DNA from: Pseudomonas aeruginosa
GTDB taxonomy: Bacteria; Pseudomonadota; Gammaproteobacteria; Pseudomonadales; Pseudomonadaceae
DNA: 32,000 nucleotides
Direction of reading: 5' to 3'
Assembly: GCF_001457615.1 (NCBI RefSeq)
Contig: NZ_LN831024.1
Coordinates: 3,330,001-3,362,000 of the forward strand
In this document: positions 11,409 through 17,863 of the stretch, piece after piece
Position numbering within the stretch: position 1 is the first letter of the stretch
Layout of the letters: each line of letters opens with the position of its first letter
Translations under genes and position numbers: made by a program
The notes under the pieces: generated by a model
What the model was told of the DNA's origin: nothing
Seen by the model: the letters and a program-made list of their open reading frames with translations, nothing else
The model's database searches: none

Positions 11409-11720
11409 CACTTCATTCCTCCGGGGAGACAGGACAAGGCACGGGCGCCAAACGGCGCTCATCGCCATCCTAGGAAGCTCCGCCGCGCGCCCGAATCCTG
11501 CTTTGGGCGTCCTCGCCTACTCCCTTCGGAGTAGAGCCTCGGAAGGCCTTACGCGGGGCTTTGGCAGCAAGTCCAAGTCATGCCCCGTCCGGGAAGTCTT
11601 CCCGGACGAATCGGGCGATCTTCCGTTCCCGTCGGCGCGCCCCGCTTCCACCATGAAGCCGCCGCGGCCCGAGCAGCGGCCTGCCGTTTCTCGACCCTCA
11701 CTCCAAACGGGAACCCGATC
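11409..11720. promoter_or_regulatory. Divergent exaB / exaA control region
   Basis: A 312-nt spacer between divergent genes. It contains a perfect 21-bp palindrome (11587-11607) and the 7-bp inverted repeat CTACTCC-cttc-GGAGTAG (11517-11534). From the literature, exaA is controlled by EraR and exaBC by ErbR. Confidence 0.6.
11587..11607. promoter_or_regulatory. Perfect palindrome GTCCGGGAAG-t-CTTCCCGGAC, candidate operator upstream of exaA
   Basis: 10-bp arms around a single central base, read directly from the sequence. It lies 114-134 nt upstream of the exaA ATG. A half-site-like copy TCTTCCGTTCCCG follows at about 11619. Confidence 0.4.
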
Positions 11721-13592
11721 ATGACAACAAGAACCTCACCCGCCCCTGCCGGCCTCCTGCGCCCGAGCCTGCACTGCCTCGCCTTCGCCGTCGCCCTGGG
11801 CAGCGCTGGCGCCGCGCTGGCCAAGGATGTGACCTGGGAGGACATCGCCAACGACGACAAGACCACCGGCGACGTGCTGCAGTACGGCATGGGCACCCAC
11901 GCCCAGCGCTGGAGCCCGCTCAAGCAGGTCAACGCCGACAACGTGTTCAAGCTGACCCCGGCCTGGTCGTACTCCTTCGGCGACGAGAAACAGCGCGGCC
12001 AGGAGTCCCAGGCCATCGTCAGCGACGGCGTGATCTACGTGACCGCCTCCTACTCGCGGCTGTTCGCCCTCGACGCGAAGACCGGCAAGCGCCTGTGGAC
12101 CTACAACCACCGCCTGCCCGACGACATCCGCCCGTGCTGCGACGTGGTCAACCGCGGCGCCGCGATCTATGGCGACAAGGTGTTCTTCGGCACCCTCGAC
12201 GCCTCGGTGGTGGCGCTGAACAAGAACACCGGCAAGGTGGTGTGGAAGAAGAAGTTCGCCGACCACGGCGCCGGCTACACCATGACTGGCGCGCCGACCA
12301 TCGTGAAGGACGGCAAGACCGGCAAGGTCCTGCTGATCCACGGCAGTTCGGGCGACGAGTTCGGCGTGGTCGGCCGCCTGTTCGCCCGCGATCCGGATAC
12401 CGGCGAGGAAATCTGGATGCGTCCCTTCGTCGAAGGCCACATGGGCCGCCTGAACGGCAAGGACAGCACGGTGACCGGCGACGTCAAGGCGCCCTCCTGG
12501 CCGGACGATCGCAACTCGCCGACCGGCAAGGTCGAATCGTGGAGCCACGGCGGCGGCGCTCCCTGGCAGAGCGCCAGCTTCGACGCCGAGACCAACACCA
12601 TCATCGTCGGCGCCGGCAACCCCGGCCCGTGGAACACCTGGGCGCGCACCGCCAAGGGCGGCAACCCGCACGACTACGACAGCCTCTACACCTCCGGCCA
12701 GGTCGGGGTGGACCCGAGCAGCGGCGAGGTGAAGTGGTTCTACCAGCACACCCCCAACGACGCCTGGGACTTCTCCGGCAACAACGAACTGGTGCTATTC
12801 GACTACAAGGCCAAGGACGGCAAGATCGTCAAGGCCACCGCCCACGCCGACCGCAACGGCTTCTTCTATGTGGTCGACCGCAGCAACGGCAAGTTGCAGA
12901 ACGCCTTCCCCTTCGTCGACAACATCACCTGGGCCAGCCACATCGACCTGAAGACCGGCCGCCCGGTGGAGCGCGAGGGCCAGCGCCCGCCGCTGCCGGA
13001 ACCGGGGCAGAAGCATGGCAAGGCGGTGGAAGTATCGCCGCCGTTCCTCGGCGGCAAGAACTGGAACCCGATGGCCTACAGCCAGGACACCGGCCTGTTC
13101 TACGTGCCGGCCAACCACTGGAAGGAAGACTACTGGACCGAGGAGGTCAGCTATACGAAGGGCAGCGCCTACCTTGGCATGGGCTTCCGGATCAAGCGCA
13201 TGTACGACGACCACGTCGGCAGCCTGCGCGCCATGGACCCGGTCAGCGGCAAGGTGGTCTGGGAACACAAGGAACACCTGCCGCTCTGGGCCGGGGTGCT
13301 GGCCACCGCCGGCAACCTGGTGTTCACCGGCACCGGCGACGGCTACTTCAAGGCCTTCGACGCGAAGAGCGGCAAGGAGCTGTGGAAATTCCAGACCGGC
13401 AGCGGCATCGTCTCGCCACCGATCACCTGGGAACAGGACGGCGAGCAGTACCTCGGCGTGACCGTCGGCTACGGCGGCGCCGTACCGCTGTGGGGCGGCG
13501 ACATGGCCGACCTGACCCGGCCGGTGGCCCAGGGCGGTTCCTTCTGGGTATTCAAGCTGCCCAGCTGGGACAACCGCACCGCCAGCCGCTGA
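11721..13592 (+). CDS. exaA: PQQ-dependent quinoprotein ethanol dehydrogenase ExaA (Ca2+ type)
   Basis: 623-aa precursor with a 34-aa signal peptide (...[13 protein letters not shown]). Vicinal cysteines CC are encoded at 12135-12140, corresponding to mature Cys105-Cys106. The motif WDFSG is at 12765-12779; its Asp maps to mature position 316, the catalytic base. Repeated W-containing propeller motifs are present. The 670-aa track ORF starts at an upstream ATG in the promoter region. Confidence 0.95.
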   Translation: MTTRTSPAPAGLLRPSLHCLAFAVALGSAGAALAKDVTWEDIANDDKTTGDVLQYGMGTHAQRWSPLKQVNADNVFKLTPAWSYSFGDEKQRGQESQAIVSDGVIYVTASYSRLFALDAKTGKRLWTYNHRLPDDIRPCCDVVNRGAAIYGDKVFFGTLDASVVALNKNTGKVVWKKKFADHGAGYTMTGAPTIVKDGKTGKVLLIHGSSGDEFGVVGRLFARDPDTGEEIWMRPFVEGHMGRLNGKDSTVTGDVKAPSWPDDRNSPTGKVESWSHGGGAPWQSASFDAETNTIIVGAGNPGPWNTWARTAKGGNPHDYDSLYTSGQVGVDPSSGEVKWFYQHTPNDAWDFSGNNELVLFDYKAKDGKIVKATAHADRNGFFYVVDRSNGKLQNAFPFVDNITWASHIDLKTGRPVEREGQRPPLPEPGQKHGKAVEVSPPFLGGKNWNPMAYSQDTGLFYVPANHWKEDYWTEEVSYTKGSAYLGMGFRIKRMYDDHVGSLRAMDPVSGKVVWEHKEHLPLWAGVLATAGNLVFTGTGDGYFKAFDAKSGKELWKFQTGSGIVSPPITWEQDGEQYLGVTVGYGGAVPLWGGDMADLTRPVAQGGSFWVFKLPSWDNRTASR

Positions 13593-13600
13593 TCCCCGCG

Positions 13601-13628
13601 CCGCGCCCTGCGAGGCGCGGCTTTCCCC
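13601..13628 (+). terminator. Weak hairpin after exaA (possible partial terminator/attenuator)
   Basis: CCGCGCC-ctgcga-GGCGCGG followed by CTTTCCCC (a poor U-tract). It lies 9 nt after the exaA stop and 18 nt before the next ATG. Confidence 0.3.
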
Positions 13629-13645
13629 GCCTGCGGAGTATCCCG

Positions 13646-14293
13646 ATGAAGACCTTCCTCCTCTGCGCCGCCCTGCTCGGCGCCGGCCTGGCCCAGGCCG
13701 CCGACGACATCGACGACGTCCGCGTCATCGCCGGCTGCCGCCTGGAGCCCGGCGCGCGCTGCGCCAAGGCCGACTTGCGCGGCGCCGACCTGCGCAACCT
13801 CGACCTCGGCCGCATCGACCTGGCCGGCGCCGATCTCTCCGGCGCCGACCTGCGTCACGCCAGGCTCGACCTGGCCAACCTGGAAAAAGCCAACCTGCGT
13901 GGTGCCGACCTCACCCGCGCCAGCCTGCAGCAAGCCAACCTGCGCGGCGCCGACCTCTCCGGCGCCAGGGCGGTGGCGATCCAGGCCTGGGGCCTGTTCG
14001 CCCAGGGCGCCCAGTGGCAAGGCGCCGACCTCACCGCCGCCTACCTGGAGTTCGCCCGTCTCAGCGGCGGCCGCCTGCACCAGGCCACGTTGCGCGCCGC
14101 CGACCTGGAGATGACCTGGCTGTCCCGCGCCGATCTCAAGGGCGCCGACCTGCGCGACGCCAACCTGCAGGAAGTCAAGCTGGCCGAGGCCAACCTGGAA
14201 GATGCCGACCTGCGCGGCAGCAAGGTGCGCTTCGGCAACTTCCAGGGCAGCAACATGCAGGGTTGCAAGGATTGCCCCGCGGGCTGGCAGTGA
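13646..14293 (+). CDS. Secreted (periplasmic) pentapeptide-repeat protein (PA1981-like)
   Basis: 215-aa product with signal peptide MKTFLLCAALLGAGLAQA/AD. This is followed by about 30 consecutive A(D/N)LxX pentapeptides (ADLRGADLRNLDLGRIDLAGADLSGADLRHARLDLANLEKANLRGADL...). SD GGAG lies 8 nt upstream. It is the 3' part of a chimeric 732-aa track ORF. Confidence 0.85.
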   Translation: MKTFLLCAALLGAGLAQAADDIDDVRVIAGCRLEPGARCAKADLRGADLRNLDLGRIDLAGADLSGADLRHARLDLANLEKANLRGADLTRASLQQANLRGADLSGARAVAIQAWGLFAQGAQWQGADLTAAYLEFARLSGGRLHQATLRAADLEMTWLSRADLKGADLRDANLQEVKLAEANLEDADLRGSKVRFGNFQGSNMQGCKDCPAGWQ

Positions 14294-14319
14294 AGCGCCG
14301 GACAGCAGCGACGGCCCCC

Positions 14320-14997
14320 CTAGCCGAGGCTGCCGCGAGCCTCCTCGGCGAGCGGCAGCGGCAGGCCCAGCCGCAGCACGCCGCTGTCGATGGCCCGGTG
14401 CACCAGTTCCGCCTGGGTACTCACCTGCAACTTCTGCTTGAGCAGGCTGACATGGTTGGACACGGTCTTGGCGCTTACCCCCAGGTGCTCGGCCACCTCG
14501 CGCAGGGCCAGGCCACGCGCGAGCAGGCGGAAGATCTCGAACTCGCGACGGGTCAGCCCGCGCAACGCTGCCCCGCCCTGCTCTTCCCACGACTGGCAGG
14601 CCAGGCGCGTGGCCAGGGGCTGCTCCAGATAGAGCTGGCCGGCGAGCACTCGCCGTATCGCCTCCAGCAGCACCGTCGGCGCCGCTCGCTTGGTCACGTA
14701 GCCGCGGGCACCGGCATCCAGCGCCTGGCGCACCAGGGCCAGTTCGTCGTGGAGGCTGAAGAACAGCACACGCAACTGCGGCAGGCGCTGGCGCAGCCGG
14801 CGAGTCAGTTCCAGGCCGCTGATGCCCGGCAGGCCGAGATCGACGATGACCAGCGAAGGAATTTCCCGCTGCACCGCCTGCAAGGCTTCTTCGCCGTCGC
14901 CGGCCTCGTTCACCTCCACGTCGGGGAGCAGCCCGCGCAACAGCGCGGCCAGCCCTTCGCGGACCACGAAATGATCGTCCACCAGCAGGATCTTCAT
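14320..14997 (-). CDS. eraR: NarL/LuxR-family response regulator EraR (ExaE)
   Basis: 225 aa. N-terminal receiver (MKILLVDDH...VIVDLGLPGISG). C-terminal LuxR HTH (LTRREFEIFRLLARGLALREVAEHLGVSAKTVSNHVSLLKQKL). Strong SD AGAGGAGAGG upstream of the ATG. Confidence 0.9.
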   Translation of the reverse strand: MKILLVDDHFVVREGLAALLRGLLPDVEVNEAGDGEEALQAVQREIPSLVIVDLGLPGISGLELTRRLRQRLPQLRVLFFSLHDELALVRQALDAGARGYVTKRAAPTVLLEAIRRVLAGQLYLEQPLATRLACQSWEEQGGAALRGLTRREFEIFRLLARGLALREVAEHLGVSAKTVSNHVSLLKQKLQVSTQAELVHRAIDSGVLRLGLPLPLAEEARGSLG

Positions 14998-15009
14998 CGT
15001 CCTCTCCTC

Positions 15010-15660
15010 TCAGTCGTCGCGTTCCAGCGGCATCCGCAGGCGCAACGCCAGGCCCTGTCCGGGACGGCTGCGCAGGCTCAGTTCAGCGCCCAGGCAGCGC
15101 GCGCGCTGGCGCATCGAGTCCAGGCCGAAGCCGGGTGCCGGGTCCGCCGCGCAGCCGCGACCGTCGTCGCGTACGCTCAGGTAGAGAAAGCCGCCACGGC
15201 ATTGCAGGCGGATCCGCACGCGGCTGGCGCCGGCATGCCGGGCGACGTTGTTCAGCGCCTCCTGCAACAGGCGGTAGAGATGGGTCCCGGCCGCCGCATC
15301 CAGGGGCGGCAGCGGACCGCCCAGGCGCAGCTCGCAGGCGATGCCCTGACCTTCCTGCCAGTCCGCCACGCAGGCGCGCAGCGCCTCGTCCAGCGACTGG
15401 CGTTGCAGGGCCGGCGGCGGTAGACCGCGCAGCAGCGCGCGGAAGCTGTCGTCCAGCCCCTGGCAGTAGCGCTCCAGGCGTGCCAGCGCCGGCTGCCCGT
15501 CGCCTGCCGTGCAGCGCAGCAACAACAGTTGGGTGCGGATGCCCGTCAGGTACTGGCCGATATCGTCATGCACCGCCTGGGCCAGCAAGCGCCGCTCGCG
15601 CTCCTGCACGGCGAGCAGCCAGCGGTACTCCGCCGGGCCGGCGGGTCGCAGGTCATCCAT
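15010..15660 (-). CDS. eraS: Soluble HisKA_3-type sensor histidine kinase EraS (ExaD)
   Basis: 216-aa product from MDDLRPAGPAEYRWLL. H-box AQAVHDDIGQYLTGI (NarX/DegS-type). ATPase motifs EALNNVARHAGA and DDGRG...GFGLDSMRQRA. No TM segment, consistent with the published description of this pair as a soluble two-component system. The 272-aa track ORF adds an R/P-rich extension that overlaps a better-looking small ORF in another frame. Confidence 0.85.
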   Translation of the reverse strand: MDDLRPAGPAEYRWLLAVQERERRLLAQAVHDDIGQYLTGIRTQLLLLRCTAGDGQPALARLERYCQGLDDSFRALLRGLPPPALQRQSLDEALRACVADWQEGQGIACELRLGGPLPPLDAAAGTHLYRLLQEALNNVARHAGASRVRIRLQCRGGFLYLSVRDDGRGCAADPAPGFGLDSMRQRARCLGAELSLRSRPGQGLALRLRMPLERDD

Positions 15661-15668
15661 GGCGTGGC

Positions 15669-15809
15669 TCAGGGGGCGATCCGACAGGCCTGTCCGACGG
15701 CGCAGGCGGCAGGTCTTTCCTGGCCGAGGTGGCGGGAATAGAGGAAATCGAACCCGAGCAGGCTGAGGATCAGCAGGATGGGCAACACCAGGGTGACGGC
15801 GATGCGCAT
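15669..15809 (-). CDS. Candidate small membrane protein (46 aa), not in the ORF track
   Basis: My own translation of the minus strand gives MRIAVTLVLPILLILSLLGFDFLYSRHLGQERPAACAVGQACRIAP*. AGGAG lies 9-10 nt upstream of ATG 15809. 39 of 46 codons end in G/C. There is one clear TM helix. The TGA lies 8 nt before the SD-less eraS ATG. Confidence 0.4.
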   Translation of the reverse strand: MRIAVTLVLPILLILSLLGFDFLYSRHLGQERPAACAVGQACRIAP

Positions 15810-16017
15810 GGCGGCGACTCCTGTCCATTGTCGTTGTCGAGACATGCTAGGACGCGCGGAGCCACGGCGTGCTACTACCTTGGTACTGCCGGGCCGCTAC
15901 TTTTGCGCGGCCACCCGCCTCCAGCCGCCCTTGCGGGCGCCGCCGATGCAGCAGGAGCGCTGCGCAAGCGCCTGGTCCTGCTACTTTGGTACTGGTTCAC
16001 CCCTCCGGACGTCGAAT

Positions 16018-16045
16018 TTCCAAAGCAGCGCGCCTGCCCTGTAAT
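16018..16045 (+). promoter_or_regulatory. Sigma70-like promoter candidate upstream of erbR
   Basis: TTCCAA (16018-16023), a 16-nt spacer, then TGTAAT (16040-16045), in the only AT-richer patch of the spacer. This would imply a 5'UTR of about 270 nt. Pattern match only. Confidence 0.2.
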
Positions 16046-16324
16046 GACGCATACAAGAAGAAACGACGAGAAGCCGCCATGCCCCGCCTTGCCTTGCCCC
16101 GCGTAGCGCCCGACTACCCTGCGGCGGTCCCGCCGCAGTACCGAGTTTGCCTTCTCCGCCTACCCGGCCGCCGACGCTCCGCGACGCGTCCCCGGCAGCG
16201 CGCGGCGGAACGCCCGCCCGCTGGGCTATCGCGCCCACGACTGCTACCGTGAGCGCATTCGCATCCGCCCGCGTGCCCCGAGCCGCCACCAGCCGCCCAT
16301 AACGACAATAACGAGGTGCAGGCC

Positions 16325-16990
16325 ATGTACAAGATCCTGATCGCCGACGACCACCCGCTGTTCCGCGAGGCCATCCACAATGTCATCGCCGACGGATTCC
16401 CCGGCAGCGAAGTGATGGAAACCGCCGACCTCGACAGCGCCCTGGGCCTGACCCAGGAACACGACGACCTCGACCTGATCCTGCTCGACCTGAACATGCC
16501 CGGCATGCACGGCCTCAACGGCCTGATGAACCTGCGCAACGAGGCCCCGACCATTCCCGTGGTTATCGTCTCCGCCGAGCAGGACAAGCAGGTGGTGCTA
16601 CAGGCCATCACCTACGGCGCGGTGGGCTTCATCACCAAGTCCTCGCCACGCGCGCAGATGACCGAAGCCATCGAGCAGATCCTCAACGGCAACGTCTACC
16701 TGCCCTCGGACGTGATCCGCACCCAGAAGAGTTCGCCGCGACGCAGCGGCCACGAAGAACACGGCATCTCCCCGGAACTGCTCCAGGCCCTGACCCGCAA
16801 GCAGCTGCTGGTGCTGGAGCGGATGACCAAGGGCGAGTCGAACAAGCAGATCGCCTACAACCTGGACATCGCCGAGACCACGGTGAAGGCGCACGTCTCG
16901 GCGATCCTGCGCAAGCTCAAGGTACACAACCGGGTCCAGGCGATCCTCAGCGCCGGCGACATCGACTTCGCCGCCTACCTGCGCCGCTGA
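16325..16990 (+). CDS. erbR: NarL/LuxR-family response regulator ErbR (AgmR)
   Basis: 221 aa from [17 protein letters not shown]. Receiver domain ([13 protein letters not shown]). C-terminal LuxR HTH ([43 protein letters not shown]). GAGG lies 8 nt upstream of ATG 16325. The track ORF starts at GTG 16316. Confidence 0.9.
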
Positions 16991-16999
16991 GACCCGCCG

Positions 17000-17818
17000 A
17001 TGCCCGACCGCCGTACCCTGCTGCTCACTGTCCTGGCGATGCTGGCCTTCGCCGGCAATTCGCTGCTCTGCCGCGCGGCGCTGAAGGACACCGCCATCGA
17101 CGCGGTCAGTTTCACCGCCCTGCGTCTCTTCTCCGGCGCCCTCATGCTCGCCGTCCTGCTGCATCTGCGCCGGCGCCCGGCCACGCCCGCGCGCGGCGGC
17201 TGGCGCGGGGCGGCGGCGCTGTTCGTCTACGCGGCCGCGTTCTCCTACGCCTACGTGCAGCTGGACGCCGGCACCGGCGCGCTGCTGCTATTCGGCGCGG
17301 TACAGGTCACCCTGCTGCTGGCCGGCCTGCTGCGCGGCGAACGGCTGGGCGGACAGGCGCTGCTCGGTTTCCTGCTGGCCCTGGGCGGCCTGCTGTTCCT
17401 GTTGCTCCCCGGAGCCAGCGCGCCGCCGCTGGGCGGTGCCCTGCTGATGCTCCTGTCCGGCCTCGCCTGGGGCCTCTATACCCTGCTCGGCCGCGGCGGC
17501 GGCGATCCGCTGGCGGTCAGCGCGGGCAACTTCCTGCGTGCCCTTGCCTTCGCCGCCCTGCTGCTCCTGGCATTCCACGGGCAGTTGCGGCTGGACGGCG
17601 CCGGGCTGGCCTATGCCCTGCTTTCCGGCGCCCTCGCCTCCGGCCTCGGCTACGCCGTCTGGTACAGCGCACTGCCGGGGCTGACGGCGATCCAGGGCGC
17701 CTCGGTGCAGCTCAGCGTGCCGGTGCTCGCCGCCCTCTGCGGCGCCCTGCTGCTCGGCGAGCCGCTCGCCCGCGATTGCCGCCGGCGACCCTGGCGGTGC
17801 TCGGCGGGATCGCCCTGA
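17000..17818 (+). CDS. EamA/DMT-family transporter (PA1977-like); C-terminus apparently frame-shifted
   Basis: 272 aa with about 9 hydrophobic helices and the duplicated EamA architecture. It starts 9 nt after the erbR stop. The last 16 residues (ARDCRRRPWRCSAGSP) are not membrane-like. A different frame from about 17770 encodes PRLPPATLAVLGGIALILAPRLGRAAREGA*, ending at 17862. Confidence 0.75.
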   Translation: MPDRRTLLLTVLAMLAFAGNSLLCRAALKDTAIDAVSFTALRLFSGALMLAVLLHLRRRPATPARGGWRGAAALFVYAAAFSYAYVQLDAGTGALLLFGAVQVTLLLAGLLRGERLGGQALLGFLLALGGLLFLLLPGASAPPLGGALLMLLSGLAWGLYTLLGRGGGDPLAVSAGNFLRALAFAALLLLAFHGQLRLDGAGLAYALLSGALASGLGYAVWYSALPGLTAIQGASVQLSVPVLAALCGALLLGEPLARDCRRRPWRCSAGSP

Positions 17819-17863
17819 TCCTCGCCCCGCGCCTGGGCCGCGCGGCGCGCGAAGGCGCCTGAA

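Noticed and set aside
11560-11576. TGGCAG-N5-CCAAG in the exaA upstream region. Considered as a sigma-54 (-24/-12) promoter.
   Set aside because: The -12 element lacks the required GC of TTGC at the correct spacing, so only the -24 GG matches. In addition, no enhancer-binding-protein type regulator is associated with exaA; EraR is NarL-type.
11653-11724. 23-codon upstream ORF ([23 protein letters not shown]) whose TGA overlaps the exaA ATG. Considered as a regulatory leader peptide.
   Set aside because: It has no SD. Only about 59 percent of its codons end in G/C, against more than 85 percent for real genes here, and its composition is Pro/Arg-rich. It is most likely fortuitous.
12095-13645. 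The 5' two-thirds of the 732-aa plus-strand ORF 12095..14293.
   Set aside because: This part is an alternative frame of exaA, R/P/G-rich and lacking stops only because of GC bias. Only the final 648 nt (from ATG 13646, with SD and signal peptide) is a real gene, the pentapeptide-repeat protein.
13740-14260. Recurring GGCGCCGACCTG-like DNA motif, at least six copies at roughly 15-60 nt intervals. Considered as a tandem repeat or CRISPR-like array.
   Set aside because: The periodicity comes from the coding sequence of the ADLxG pentapeptide repeats. It lies in frame within a signal-peptide-bearing ORF. There is no repeat-spacer structure and there are no cas genes.
15661-15828. N-terminal 56-codon extension of eraS implied by the 272-aa track ORF.
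   Set aside because: The extension (MDRSRRHAHRRHPGVAHPADPQPARVRFPLFPPPRPGKTCRLRRRTGLSD...) is R/P-rich and looks non-coding. It also overlaps the better-supported small TM ORF in another frame. ATG 15660 gives a protein starting just before the kinase dimerisation region.
15869-16289. The 127-aa plus-strand and 102-aa minus-strand ORFs inside the eraS-erbR spacer.
   Set aside because: Both are R/A/P-rich and lack an SD and any motifs. The region is better interpreted as regulatory DNA (see the repeat finding). A small RNA cannot be excluded.
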